Source of the DNA: a virus
Reading direction: 5' to 3' (one strand)
Virus record (IMG/VR): IMGVR_UViG_3300008266_009503
Coordinates: 1-64,000 of that record
DNA: 64,000 bases
In this document: positions 43,905 through 54,173 of the stretch, piece by piece
Numbering within the stretch: position 1 is the stretch's first letter
Layout of the letters: every line of letters begins with the position of its first letter
Made by a program: the position numbers and the translations under genes
The notes under the pieces: generated by a model
Seen by the model: the letters and a program-made list of their open reading frames with translations, nothing else
Database searches by the model: none
Told to the model about the DNA's origin: nothing

Positions 43905-45764
43905 TTATACAACCTCACAAGCTCCTCCTGCACAAGCTGCTTCTCCGGCTAAGTTTGTATTGTCTACAAATTCTATAACTTGGGAGAGATCTACCTTGTG
44001 CAGGCTTTTCATTTTTTCGTTATAAATCTCTTCTGTACAGTCTTCAAATGGAGCTTGAATATAGGTTCCGCCGTCGTAAGGTAGTACTGAAAGTCCGTTA
44101 TAAAACTTTCTGTTCTCCCACATCCACTTACCTACCTCTTCCCATTCTTCTGCTTTTATAGAGACTGTAGCAGAAATATTGTGAGTATTACTTCCTGTTC
44201 TATGTCCAGGTTTAATCCAGTTTTGGTAAAAATGCTTAACCCTTTCTAAAAGATCCAAAGCAGATTCATGCCTCAGTATAGCACCTTCTGGTGCTTTTTG
44301 CGGTACTGAAATTACAGCAGTATCGTGTGGACGGAAGTACTCGTCTTCAATAAGTTCTGGATGATTTATCAACAGGTGAGTATAAATTGATTCGTTCTTA
44401 CCGACTCTAATCCTACGAAGGTAGTAATCGTTATGCCAAGCATGAATACCGCTTGAAGTACCTAAAGTCAGAGAAGAAGTACCGGAAGGTTTAATAGTAG
44501 TACACCTTGCGGCAGAGTTAATACCGAGTAACTTAGCTACTCTGTCGTTTTCCTGCTTTACTATTTCAGCAGCTTCTTTTAAATTTAACTTCTGTGCAGC
44601 ACCAGATCCAATTCCAGTCATACCTACACCAATCAAAGCATCTTTCTCGGTAGTACGTTGCCATACTGGTCTTAGGTAGTGAAAGTTAGTGTACGAGGCT
44701 TGTAAAGTTCCAATAAAAGTAGCAGCTTTTACTCTTGCATTCAAGTCTTCTTGATCTACTACATCAGAAACATTTACCTCACAGAGGTTACAAAACTGAA
44801 AAGGACGTAAAGCAATCTCACAGCACGGGTTAGTACCCCAATCCTTGTCGTTATTAAAATAAATCCCGGGTTCACCAGCTCCACTAGCTTTAATTTTCTC
44901 CCATAAGTCAGAAAAGAACTCCTCTGTTACTTTGCTTCTGAGGAGAACTGCTGAATTATTGGCACGGCCTCGTTGAGGATGGAGCTCCCACCAAGCACCG
45001 GATTTAGCAGCAATCATATCTTCATCATCAGCACTAAATAGACTGATAAGAGCTGCTCTACGTATACCTCCTGCAAGTACTGCATCAGCAATGTGACATA
45101 CCATGTCATGTACTTCGCTCGGAGTTAATTTATCGTTAGTTTCTTTACTATCTAGAATTCCTTGAACCTTAATCAAACACTCTTTAAGAGGTTGAGGACC
45201 AGGAGCTTTACCTCCTGAAGTTATTAACGCTGCTCCTTTTGGACGGATATCAGAAAAATCGAATATAGGAGTTGTCCCACCTTCGAAATACGATTTAACC
45301 AGTACTTTTACTGCATCGGCCCACCCTTCAATACTATCGCCAATCAAAAAACGTCTATGCTTCTTAGAATCTGGTTTTCTTATTTCCGGTAGCTGCTCTA
45401 CATGGTGTTTTTGAACAGAGTATCCTACCCCTGTACCGCCTAGAAGCAAAAACATTACCTCTCCAAAAGCTCTCCAATCGTCAATCGGTAAATAAGCGCA
45501 ATTATAAATACGGTTAGGACTGATCTCGACAGGTTTACCGGCGAATTGCATAGACCTCATAGAAGGAAGTGCTTTCTTTTCGTAGACAAATCTATAGTTT
45601 TCTTCAATCTCTTCAGCTAGCTGCGGAAATTTTTTTAAATGCATACCTTTATTCCTGTCGACTAACTCTTTCCAGCTTTCCCTTCTTTCTTTTTCGGGAT
45701 TGAATTTTGCATATTTCATGTAGACTGTTAGATCCGACAAAATACTCTTACTTACTTCCATCAT
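43905..45764 (-). CDS. nrdJ: Class II (B12-dependent) ribonucleotide reductase
   Basis: IYNCAY, GTNPCCEI, TIKPSGT, C-terminal CAGGAC; no small subunit nearby. Confidence 0.9.
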   Translation of the reverse strand: MMEVSKSILSDLTVYMKYAKFNPEKERRESWKELVDRNKGMHLKKFPQLAEEIEENYRFVYEKKALPSMRSMQFAGKPVEISPNRIYNCAYLPIDDWRAFGEVMFLLLGGTGVGYSVQKHHVEQLPEIRKPDSKKHRRFLIGDSIEGWADAVKVLVKSYFEGGTTPIFDFSDIRPKGAALITSGGKAPGPQPLKECLIKVQGILDSKETNDKLTPSEVHDMVCHIADAVLAGGIRRAALISLFSADDEDMIAAKSGAWWELHPQRGRANNSAVLLRSKVTEEFFSDLWEKIKASGAGEPGIYFNNDKDWGTNPCCEIALRPFQFCNLCEVNVSDVVDQEDLNARVKAATFIGTLQASYTNFHYLRPVWQRTTEKDALIGVGMTGIGSGAAQKLNLKEAAEIVKQENDRVAKLLGINSAARCTTIKPSGTSSLTLGTSSGIHAWHNDYYLRRIRVGKNESIYTHLLINHPELIEDEYFRPHDTAVISVPQKAPEGAILRHESALDLLERVKHFYQNWIKPGHRTGSNTHNISATVSIKAEEWEEVGKWMWENRKFYNGLSVLPYDGGTYIQAPFEDCTEEIYNEKMKSLHKVDLSQVIEFVDNTNLAGEAACAGGACEVV

Positions 45765-45841
45765 TTAAATGTTTATCTATATTTTTAAAATTTCAATACT
45801 ACGTTCAAACTACCCTAACTGTTACAGACAGTACTATTAGC

Positions 45842-45871
45842 TAAAGATAGGTATTTCAGCTAAAAATCAAA
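45842..45871 (-). promoter_or_regulatory. Bacteroidota-type promoter upstream of nrdJ (TTTG-N18-TATCTTTA)
   Basis: Consensus-like elements. Confidence 0.5.
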
Positions 45872-45908
45872 AGATTCTCAGAAAGATTCAAAACCTATTT
45901 ACTAAAAA

Positions 45909-46127
45909 TTAAAGTAATCTGCTTGCTCCTGCATTCTGCTTGAATGTCTGAGCGATATACGAATCTTCAGGAAGAGGAGGTCTAAACGTAGGATCAACCT
46001 GATTTCTTTCGACAAGATCATTAGTTCCGTTCCTTTCCATATTGAAAACGAACTGCTCATAAGTATCCTGTACTGGAGGAGGCCCAAAGGCTGATTTTTT
46101 CTCGTCGTAAAGTGTAATAAGACTCAT
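45909..46127 (-). CDS. Hypothetical protein
   Basis: Preceded by the CTATTTAT motif at 46148-46155. Confidence 0.5.
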   Translation of the reverse strand: MSLITLYDEKKSAFGPPPVQDTYEQFVFNMERNGTNDLVERNQVDPTFRPPLPEDSYIAQTFKQNAGASRLL

Positions 46128-46156
46128 ATTAAGGCAGTTTTATAGTAATAAATAGA

Positions 46157-47530
46157 CTATTTCCCTAATTCAAAGAATTTTTGCTGTAAATAATTTCGTT
46201 CTTCTGTACTAAATCCAGTTACAGGAGTCTTTCCTGGAATCACTGATCCTTCCGGAGTTAATTCATCTTCTCCGATTTCACGTGCTTCGATTTCAATATT
46301 ACCATTCTCTGTGTTAATTTTCATAGGATAAGTCATTCCATCGGCACCATATCTATTTTTCATAATATGTCCTCTTCCTGTTCCGTTTACCTTGTCTAGC
46401 CTTTTTCTAGAAAGAGACATAGCAAAATCGGCGATCATAATCTTATTATATGAACCTGCTGCTTTATCTCCTTCAATAACATCGTCTTTTGCACCAGCCC
46501 TATTCACCTGAGATACTGTCCATACAGGTATTTTTAATTCCCGGGCTAGAGCTTTAGTAGATATATAGACATCGTCAATTTCATCTTTCCTGTCTATTGA
46601 CTTTCTCTTAGACTTTAGCAAATCTACGTAGTCAATAATAATAAGATCAGGTTTATGACCGAGATCTGCAGTTTTCTGAATATGGCTTTCAATAGTAGAT
46701 ATAGACGCTTTACCCATTGGAAACTCCTTGATAATAAGCTTACCGGGTAGTTTATTAATAGCAGCATCTACCTCTGCTCTATGCAGGCCTAACTCTTGAA
46801 TTCGAATCCCGGTAAATACTGCATCATATCTCTTACCTACGTAGGCTTCTGATAACTCTAAAGTGTAGTGACATACTGTACGTCCTGCAGAAACTGCCAT
46901 AGCTCCCAAGGCTGTTAACATCCAGCTCTTACCTCCGCCTGGATTACCGAAGACAATACCGAGGTCTCCTGAACCTAATCCTCCTTCAAGTAATACGTTA
47001 ATATGTTCCCATGGTGTAGCAACAGGACTTCTTTCTTCTAGTCTATAACGAGTTTCAGTGTCCTTTTCGTACTCGTGTCCAATATTTTTATCAGACCCTG
47101 CTTTTAATGCAGTATCAATAAGGTATCTAATATCATCGTACTGCCCTTTTTCAAGAAGCTCCACCGAGGAGAGCAGGGCTTTTTTAAGTTGTTGGTTCTT
47201 ACAGAAATTAGCAAATTCCTGTTCTACAAACTCTCTATCTTCGTTAGAGGCTTTATAAGCTTCTTTTAATTGCTCGATAACAGAAACCTTCAGTACTTCG
47301 TTATCAATTTTTTTAACCTCTACCTGCAGTACGTCAAGAGTCGGAGAGGTATTATACTTGTAGTAGTACTTAAGAATCTCTTCTACAATCCATTTGTGAG
47401 CGGGGTTATCAAAATAATCTTCCTCTAAGATATCGTAGATACCTTGTAAAAACTCTTTATGCTTTAGTAAGCTTGATAGTACCTTAATCTGAAAACTTAC
47501 CCCGTATTGGTTCAGCTGATTCAAAACCAT
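46157..47530 (-). CDS. Replicative DnaB/gp41-like helicase
   Basis: GNPGGGKS Walker A, YTLEL, IIIDYVDLL, SQVNR, KNRYG. Confidence 0.92.
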   Translation of the reverse strand: MVLNQLNQYGVSFQIKVLSSLLKHKEFLQGIYDILEEDYFDNPAHKWIVEEILKYYYKYNTSPTLDVLQVEVKKIDNEVLKVSVIEQLKEAYKASNEDREFVEQEFANFCKNQQLKKALLSSVELLEKGQYDDIRYLIDTALKAGSDKNIGHEYEKDTETRYRLEERSPVATPWEHINVLLEGGLGSGDLGIVFGNPGGGKSWMLTALGAMAVSAGRTVCHYTLELSEAYVGKRYDAVFTGIRIQELGLHRAEVDAAINKLPGKLIIKEFPMGKASISTIESHIQKTADLGHKPDLIIIDYVDLLKSKRKSIDRKDEIDDVYISTKALARELKIPVWTVSQVNRAGAKDDVIEGDKAAGSYNKIMIADFAMSLSRKRLDKVNGTGRGHIMKNRYGADGMTYPMKINTENGNIEIEAREIGEDELTPEGSVIPGKTPVTGFSTEERNYLQQKFFELGK

Positions 47531-47560
47531 GTTTATGTTGTTTGTTTAAATATAAAACTT

Positions 47561-48256
47561 CTATATGTAACTAAAAACTTTTTTTCTTACGTAATAGCTC
47601 ATATTACTCGGAGCTATGTTGAAAGTTTTTGCTGCTTCTGCTGCAGATTCATATACCTCTCCGGTAGCTACATGCTGTACTTTTTTTCTAAGAGTACTAT
47701 ACTTTTCTATACGTAATTGAATTTTAGTTTTACTTCTTTTTTCATATTCCTGTTTTGTAATAAAACTAAATTCTCCTTTTTTTAACCGGCCTGTAATAGT
47801 TCCCGGAGTTAATCCCAGTATTTTTGCAGCATGCTTTCCAGATTCAAAAACAGCCCCTGTTTCATTATGTATAATTGCTGTTTTACGAGCTTCCCCTATT
47901 TTTGTCTTAGTTTCTTCGGAATGTTTCATACCGGTTCTAGTACTACTTATTCTTCTATTTCTTTCTAAAGAGTGTTTTACTCCTTTTCTGATTTTACTGA
48001 AATGTTCTTTCATTTCTTCTGTATGATGCCACCCTTTCAGAGTCTCTTTTTCCATTCGTAACCTTATGGCGTGACATGCAATTTCATCTCCCTGCTCTAA
48101 ATGTATTTTATAGTGATCCTCTATGGTAATACATTTTAAATTTTCTAAAGAGTTATTTTTTCTGTTTCCGTCAACATGATGTATCTCGTAACTCCTACCT
48201 TGTTCGTCTACCGGGATAGGGCCGTAGTGTTTTTCCCAAAGTTTTCGATAGTTCAT
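47561..48256 (-). CDS. HNH homing endonuclease with NUMOD3/NUMOD1 domains (start MNYRK at 48256)
   Basis: EIHHVDGNRKNNSLENL...H; HSEETKTKIG; TGEVYESAAEAAK. Confidence 0.88.
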   Translation of the reverse strand: MNYRKLWEKHYGPIPVDEQGRSYEIHHVDGNRKNNSLENLKCITIEDHYKIHLEQGDEIACHAIRLRMEKETLKGWHHTEEMKEHFSKIRKGVKHSLERNRRISSTRTGMKHSEETKTKIGEARKTAIIHNETGAVFESGKHAAKILGLTPGTITGRLKKGEFSFITKQEYEKRSKTKIQLRIEKYSTLRKKVQHVATGEVYESAAEAAKTFNIAPSNMSYYVRKKVFSYI

Positions 48257-48320
48257 ATTTAAATTTATAATAAATATCAACTAATTTAAAACACTCATAA
48301 CTTAATTTAACTTATTTTTA

Positions 48321-49337
48321 TTAATCTTTCAACTTATACTGCAATAGTTTAGTAAAAGTTTCATTTAACCACATCTGCGGATTGAGTAAAGTCTTTCCTA
48401 GCAAATCCTCTTTATACAAGTCTACAAACTTTTCAGGAGTATAGCTTATAGTCGGATTAGCAATAAGAAAATCTAATCTAGCTACATCTTCTTCCGGAAT
48501 GTTAGGATTGTGTAAATCCATTAGTTGTTTATTAATCTGTAGCTGAGCTTTAAAGTTAATAATATCTACAAATTTTTTATCTTTTCCGTTACACTCCTGT
48601 AGTAGATCTTCTAGACTAACTTTCTTTTCGCTAGCTAGACTAGGAAACATTTTTAGCAGAGTCTTAATTTGAATACCTTTTACTCCAGGCACGTTATCCC
48701 CCTTATCCCCTACGATAACCTTATGGGTTAAAAAGTTATGTGGTGGTATACCATACTCCTTTAGAACCTGCTGAGGGCTATAGATAACCTTTTTAACAGG
48801 GGAATAAATACTGGTATTATTAGAAGTGAGTTGTAGATAGTCTTGATCGGTAGAAAGTATAACTACTTTTTCAGAAAATTTCTGTGCTAGGTAGCCAATA
48901 ACATCGTCTGCTTCAATCTTATTAATAGCAATTAAGTCTACCGGTAAGCACTTAAGGTAGTCAATAAGTCGTATGATTTGACTCGTTATTGACTCTGACT
49001 CTTCTTCTTGACTGTCGAATGCATCCCAGTTAGAGATTTTAGTAATATGGCGGTTAGCTTTGTAGTCAGGGTACAGGTACCTTTTGTTGGTAGAACCTCC
49101 CTGTCCGTCAAAAACTAGTATTACTCTGGTGGGTTGAATCTGTCTAATTACAGCTCCTATAGATTTTAAAAATCCTCCTAATCCTCCAACATGATTGCCG
49201 ACTGGATTAATATGATGAATAGCTACAAAGTTACGTAAGAAAGTATTAAGAGAATCTACAATTAAAACTTTACTATTCCTGTGTAAATGTACTTCCGGCT
49301 CTTTCTCCATCTGCTCGAACATCTTTCTGTAGTCCAT
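48321..49337 (-). CDS. 5'-3' exonuclease / flap endonuclease (T4 RNase H-like)
   Basis: LIVDSLN, VFDG, YKANR, EADDVIG, STDQDYLQL, GDKGDNVPGV. Confidence 0.92.
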   Translation of the reverse strand: MDYRKMFEQMEKEPEVHLHRNSKVLIVDSLNTFLRNFVAIHHINPVGNHVGGLGGFLKSIGAVIRQIQPTRVILVFDGQGGSTNKRYLYPDYKANRHITKISNWDAFDSQEEESESITSQIIRLIDYLKCLPVDLIAINKIEADDVIGYLAQKFSEKVVILSTDQDYLQLTSNNTSIYSPVKKVIYSPQQVLKEYGIPPHNFLTHKVIVGDKGDNVPGVKGIQIKTLLKMFPSLASEKKVSLEDLLQECNGKDKKFVDIINFKAQLQINKQLMDLHNPNIPEEDVARLDFLIANPTISYTPEKFVDLYKEDLLGKTLLNPQMWLNETFTKLLQYKLKD

Positions 49338-49716
49338 TTTTCTTTTGTTTAGCGATAGGATTAGCCAACCTTTCAGCTATTCTTTCTCGAATTATTTCAA
49401 TATCCTTGATAGTAGGAATGTATCCATTCATTAATTCCTGTGGAACTCCGTCCCAAGATACTAGATAGCTCTGCACATTAAAGCCCCTGTTTAAACACTC
49501 GTTGTAAAGGCCAACGTACCTATCTCTTAAGTAGCCGAGCTTATCATAAAAGAAAGATACGTGACCTTTACCGAGAGTAAACTGTGTTGGTATGTTGTTA
49601 AGATTACACCTACCTTTTGCTACAACATTAGGAATACGTTTTAATTCCCTATGTTCAGCAATCAAATGCTTATTTGTTAATTCTATAGGAGGAATACCTA
49701 CATTAATTCTTGTCAT
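49273..49716 (-). CDS. denV: Pyrimidine-dimer DNA glycosylase (T4 endonuclease V)
   Basis: MTRIN...HLIAEHRELKR...FTLGKGHVSFFYDKL. Confidence 0.93.
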   Translation of the reverse strand: MTRINVGIPPIELTNKHLIAEHRELKRIPNVVAKGRCNLNNIPTQFTLGKGHVSFFYDKLGYLRDRYVGLYNECLNRGFNVQSYLVSWDGVPQELMNGYIPTIKDIEIIRERIAERLANPIAKQKKNGLQKDVRADGERAGSTFTQE

Positions 49717-49729
49717 AACCTATTTTAGC

Positions 49730-49761
49730 TAAAGATAAGGTTATTCCTCTGATACGTCAAA
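49730..49761 (-). promoter_or_regulatory. Bacteroidota-type promoter upstream of denV (TTTG-N20-TATCTTTA)
   Basis: Consensus-like elements. Confidence 0.55.
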
Positions 49762-50817
49762 GATATCTTTATTATCTTCGTCGGTTTCTATCACTACATC
49801 AAAATCTGTAGACCCTAAAGTCTTTAACCAGTCTTTTGAGTATTGCTTTTTGTAAGCATCAATAGCTTGTTTAGTATCATCGATAAAACCGTGAGCAGTC
49901 ATAATGACCCTTCCGGTAGATGTTACATCATTAACGTGGTTTTTATCGCAACTAACCTTAGTTCGCTTTGCAAACTCTACATCCTTACCGTTCTTAGTAG
50001 CTTTTATTTTATTAGTCCCGGAATTAGTTACATTACCGAACGTGATAATCAAAGAAGAATCAAAGTACATAGTGTCGCCGCCTTTATTTTTCATTTTAGG
50101 CTGCGCCATAATATTTTCTGCTTTAGCTACCCAGATTTTATTTACTGCAAGCATGGTATTAGTGTAGGGTTGACTTTGCTTGCGGGATAGTACAATTTTC
50201 TGATTGATAAAGTTACCAAACTGCTGAGACATTGCACCTGCATTCCACTCGTTATTATTCTTATTAGACTCAACAGATAACCTGCTAGGAATAGATCCTA
50301 CAGAATCCCATAGAAGCAGTAGATCGTGTGGAAGCCTTCCGTTCTTTTGCTCATCAAGTAGATCAGCAATAAAAGCAGCAACGTCTTCAATGGTATTTAA
50401 TCTCTCTCTATCAATGTATATAAAAAAACCTTTATAATCCGATACCACACCGTTACTGTCTGGTACGTCTTCAAACTGTAGACCCATCTGCCGGGCATGT
50501 TCCCAGTTCCACTTCATCTCCGTAATAATAAAAACAGGTAAGATGCTCATTTTCTGGGCATTTACTGCTGCTTCTAGTAATGCGGTGGTTTTTCCTGTAT
50601 CAGAATGACCTCTTAGTAAGGTAATATGTCCGATAGGAATACCTGGGATAGACAAGCAGTCTTGAAAAGCTTGTGATAAAGGAATCCACCTTTGTTCTTT
50701 CATTTTGATGGAAGTACTAGATAGATTTTTAGCTTGAATAAACTTCTCAAGGTCAAAAGAACCTTTCAAAGCACCTGCAACACTTTCGTTAAGTGAAGCT
50801 TTATTTGCTTTCGACAT
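49741..50817 (-). CDS. RecA/UvsX-like recombinase
   Basis: GHSDTGKTT Walker A, ITE, WDSVGS, KGG, KNHV. Confidence 0.85.
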   Translation of the reverse strand: MSKANKASLNESVAGALKGSFDLEKFIQAKNLSSTSIKMKEQRWIPLSQAFQDCLSIPGIPIGHITLLRGHSDTGKTTALLEAAVNAQKMSILPVFIITEMKWNWEHARQMGLQFEDVPDSNGVVSDYKGFFIYIDRERLNTIEDVAAFIADLLDEQKNGRLPHDLLLLWDSVGSIPSRLSVESNKNNNEWNAGAMSQQFGNFINQKIVLSRKQSQPYTNTMLAVNKIWVAKAENIMAQPKMKNKGGDTMYFDSSLIITFGNVTNSGTNKIKATKNGKDVEFAKRTKVSCDKNHVNDVTSTGRVIMTAHGFIDDTKQAIDAYKKQYSKDWLKTLGSTDFDVVIETDEDNKDIFDVSEE

Positions 50818-50886
50818 ACTCTTATTTATTTTATTTGCAATTACCGATTATTTTTCTTAATTCACTGCTCTATAGGCAGTAAGCTA

Positions 50887-51687
50887 TTACTTGAAAAGCT
50901 CATCAAATTCGTCATCAATGCTTACTTTTGGTTTTGCATTGAGAGTAAAAGAAGCAGGCGGAACAGCGGGCTTAGGAGCTTCTGCCTCTGGTGCAGCTGC
51001 TTTCTCTGCAGTTTCTTCTGGATTTAACCAAGAGAACAATGATTCTTTCATTTCGTCGTAAGAGTACTTCTTAAAGATAGAAAATACTTCGGGTTGATTA
51101 TTTAACCACTTTTCTACCTCTGCAGCATTGTCTGAAAGAGGAGTTGTTTTAGTACGTACGCGTACTTTGGACTGATTAAAACTAGTTCCGTTACTTTCAG
51201 GACCTGTAGTTTCAATAGTAATATCACGACCCTGGATTACATCGGTATAATCACCAACATCTGGATCATCAGCAAGGCTGAGTAGTTCGGCATAAATTTG
51301 CTTACCGAATTCCCAGAGACGAACTCCTTTCTCTTCTTCCCCACGTACAATTACAGGAGCAAATACACGCATCTTTGGTTCAAGCTTACGTGACATCATC
51401 CAATTCTCCTTATCGCCCGTAGTAGCTAGTTGTTTAGCAAACTCTACAATAGGGTCTTTTTCGCCAAAATTTGCTAAAGAAATCATAGTACGGTTACCAA
51501 TACCGTAGTGTACGAAAACTTCCTTAAAAGGATTTGACTTATCCCACATAGCAGGAACAATTCGTACAGAATGCTTTCCTACTGCTGGCTTCCAGAGAAT
51601 AAGAGACATATCTCTTTTCTGTCCGCCCTGTTTTTGGTTTTGCAATGCGCTTAATTTAGACTTAATGGTGCTGAGATCCATTCCCAT
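50887..51687 (-). CDS. Single-stranded DNA-binding protein (T4 gp32-like)
   Basis: VRIVP...PF...HY...LWEFGK...GRDI; acidic tail DDEFDELF. Confidence 0.8.
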   Translation of the reverse strand: MGMDLSTIKSKLSALQNQKQGGQKRDMSLILWKPAVGKHSVRIVPAMWDKSNPFKEVFVHYGIGNRTMISLANFGEKDPIVEFAKQLATTGDKENWMMSRKLEPKMRVFAPVIVRGEEEKGVRLWEFGKQIYAELLSLADDPDVGDYTDVIQGRDITIETTGPESNGTSFNQSKVRVRTKTTPLSDNAAEVEKWLNNQPEVFSIFKKYSYDEMKESLFSWLNPEETAEKAAAPEAEAPKPAVPPASFTLNAKPKVSIDDEFDELFK

Positions 51688-51752
51688 AACTTTTTTTTTA
51701 ATTAAGAATTATTTGACTAAGGAAAAATAAAAAGAAATTTTCAATCTAGCAA

Positions 51753-52172
51753 CTAAATGTTGACTATTCTGTAAATTTTTGTAGAAAGCTTCTTAAGCTC
51801 GTCTCCTTGTGATAGGAGTACAGTGTTTCTGTAGTTTTGCCATTCGACTTTAAACGTAGTATCGAGAATACCTTCGTTTAGAGATTTAATCAACAGATTA
51901 AGACTGTTAATTGTGTATAGAGTATTAGTCTCTTTCTTTCTATGCAAGAGTATCGTGTTAGGAAGCACTCTAGCACTACTTCCTTGAAGCTCAATATTGT
52001 AAGTACATAAATATTCTTCAGAATCTTCCGATTCTAGTACAAAAATCTTACCGTACATGATAATGTACTCGGATCTAATAGTAGTCAGGATATCTTCTAG
52101 CTTATCCTTAGTAGAAAAAGTACAAAATAACTTATTTTTCAACTGATCTTGTGTTAATTCAATATATTCCAT
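51753..52172 (-). CDS. Hypothetical protein
   Basis: LHRKKETNTLYTINSLN; CTATTTAT motif directly upstream. Confidence 0.6.
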   Translation of the reverse strand: MEYIELTQDQLKNKLFCTFSTKDKLEDILTTIRSEYIIMYGKIFVLESEDSEEYLCTYNIELQGSSARVLPNTILLHRKKETNTLYTINSLNLLIKSLNEGILDTTFKVEWQNYRNTVLLSQGDELKKLSTKIYRIVNI

Positions 52173-52193
52173 AATAAATAGGATTAAACCCTT

Positions 52194-53489
52194 CTAAAAG
52201 TTGTAGTTATGACCTTTTTTTGCTTTTACTTTATAATTACCTATCTCAATGACGTTTTTAATTTCAGTTAGAAACCCTTTTCCGTCCTCTGCTGAATAAT
52301 CTATTAGAATAGAGTCGTAGACAACTAGTATTACTTTACTTTTCTTTCCTCTTAGTAATTCTTTTAGGTCTATCAGCTTTTTTACATTATTTACCGTCTC
52401 TAAACATTGAACATAGTAGTTAAAGAGTTTTTGAGGTGTGAAATCTCCTTTAAAAATCTTCCTACCGTTAGGTAAGGTTAACTTTCCTACACGTCTATAC
52501 TCAACCCACATAGCCTCAACAAATTCAGCAATTTCTTTAAATAGTTCAATATGTTTATATTCCTCTTCTACTCCATTATACAGTTGCCTAAAGGTAATTT
52601 TTTTAGACTCCTGGTATTCTTCCGGAGTTAATTCTTCTTTTTTAAAATACTCCTCACCTAAGAATACATGGATTGACTTATCTACAGGTATTTCTGTTCC
52701 TAACATGTTTGCAATTAACCTCAAATGATATCCATCGAAGTCAAATTCAACAAAAGCATCGTTTTCAGGAATAAAAGCTGTTCTGGAATTGTTATCTTTG
52801 TTAAAGGCTAGGAAGTTTATACCATTAAAAGCGTTAGTAGGCCTAGAAGTTATGTTATAAAGGTTATAGCTTGTGTATATCCTACTCTCTTTCATAGATC
52901 TACCCTTCCATACGGGTTCGAAGAACTTATCGAAAACCCGGGGATCTGTAAGCAGACCCTGTTCTTCTACCCACCTATAGGCCTCTACATACTTTTCCTG
53001 CCATTCTACATTAGTTTCCTGTCCAATATAGGATTTTACTTTTTCAAACATACACTCACACCTCTCGTAATGTTTTGAAATAGGAATGAGAGTGTTAACC
53101 TCTACGTTATACTTAAACTTATTATAGAAATCAAAATGCAATGTAGTATAGCACTGTAAGTCCTTTAACTCGTTATCATGATCAAGGATAGTAAAGTATA
53201 CATCTACAGCTTGCGGCAGGTCGAGGTAATAGGAATGCCACTTCTTATCTAAGAGATAGACTTTTGGAATGTTTTGTAAAAAGGTTTGAATATCTTCTAA
53301 CCTAAGAGAAAAGGCTTCTGAATGTTTAATTGGAAAAATATAGCCTTTCTGAAAATCGTTGTAATATAGTAGACAAGGAGCAGTAAGCAGTGGATGAGAT
53401 TCTTCAGATAGAGAAACAAGCTCAATGAAACACTTCTCCGGTTTCGGTAAACTCTCTAACTGCTCTTTTGTTTCTATCACGAAGTACAT
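52194..53489 (-). CDS. Second, divergent family A polymerase-like protein (degenerate exonuclease, reduced thumb)
   Basis: TSRPTN, EFDFDGYHLR (A), SKKITFRQLY (B), YYVQCLET, VVYDSILID (C). Confidence 0.8.
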   Translation of the reverse strand: MYFVIETKEQLESLPKPEKCFIELVSLSEESHPLLTAPCLLYYNDFQKGYIFPIKHSEAFSLRLEDIQTFLQNIPKVYLLDKKWHSYYLDLPQAVDVYFTILDHDNELKDLQCYTTLHFDFYNKFKYNVEVNTLIPISKHYERCECMFEKVKSYIGQETNVEWQEKYVEAYRWVEEQGLLTDPRVFDKFFEPVWKGRSMKESRIYTSYNLYNITSRPTNAFNGINFLAFNKDNNSRTAFIPENDAFVEFDFDGYHLRLIANMLGTEIPVDKSIHVFLGEEYFKKEELTPEEYQESKKITFRQLYNGVEEEYKHIELFKEIAEFVEAMWVEYRRVGKLTLPNGRKIFKGDFTPQKLFNYYVQCLETVNNVKKLIDLKELLRGKKSKVILVVYDSILIDYSAEDGKGFLTEIKNVIEIGNYKVKAKKGHNYNF

Positions 53490-53511
53490 AACTTTTATTT
53501 TTACCCTTACC

Positions 53512-53543
53512 TAAAGATAGATAGTCTACCTTTATATACCAAC
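53512..53543 (-). promoter_or_regulatory. Bacteroidota-type promoter (GTTG-N20-TATCTTTA)
   Basis: Consensus-like elements upstream of the second polymerase gene. Confidence 0.65.
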
Positions 53544-53544
53544 T

Positions 53545-54171
53545 CTATGGTGTCACTCTAGCAAACTTAGTATAGTCTCCCCCTATGTAAGAAATAATTC
53601 CTTTAAAAGAAGCTTCCTTAGCTTCTGTAACTCTTTTATTAGTGTCTACAATACCTCCCTGTATCTGGTACTGAGATATTCTCTTATTGTTTAGAGGTCC
53701 GGTTAGTTGCCAAAACATACTAGTTACTTCATAAGCAAGAACAGTTTGTTCTGTAAGTCCGTTTTGTAAATTAGACCAATCGTTTTCTGAAATTTCAAGT
53801 ATGTAACCAGGGCCAGTTAATTGCTTGGCAAAATATCTAGTAAAATACCCTCTTGCATAATCTGATTCTAAAGGTATGGGATAGTACGGTACAAGTTGTC
53901 CGAGTTCGACACTAGTAGCTATTGTTGCTCCCTGTGTTGCAGATTGAATTGCTTCTGCACGTAGAGCAGGTCTACGGGTAAGAACTTCTTCCTGTTCACT
54001 TTTAACGAGAAGTATATTGGTTCCTAGCAGAGGATTAACTCCTGTAAAAGCTTTTCCATCAAACGTCAAGTAATACCTTCCGCTATAAGGTTTTCCATCA
54101 GGCAGAAAAAAGTCTCCTCCTCGTGTGTAAAGGTTTGTTTTTATTCTAGTGGAAGGGTAATATTTAACCAT
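53545..54171 (-). CDS. Putative baseplate/tail structural protein
   Basis: Last gene of the tail operon; NLYTRGG...YSGRYY, DYARGYFTRYF. Confidence 0.5.
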   Translation of the reverse strand: MVKYYPSTRIKTNLYTRGGDFFLPDGKPYSGRYYLTFDGKAFTGVNPLLGTNILLVKSEQEEVLTRRPALRAEAIQSATQGATIATSVELGQLVPYYPIPLESDYARGYFTRYFAKQLTGPGYILEISENDWSNLQNGLTEQTVLAYEVTSMFWQLTGPLNNKRISQYQIQGGIVDTNKRVTEAKEASFKGIISYIGGDYTKFARVTP

Positions 54172-54173
54172 GA

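Noticed and set aside
40329-46087. Minus-strand alternate-frame ORFs 40329..40517 and 45902..46087
   Set aside because: Nested in queC, or overlapping a better-supported ORF, with no independent evidence.
38467-48280. Group I introns or inteins hosting the two HNH genes
   Set aside because: Flanking genes (queF, DpdA-like, helicase, exonuclease) are complete and uninterrupted; no intron core or intein motifs were seen.
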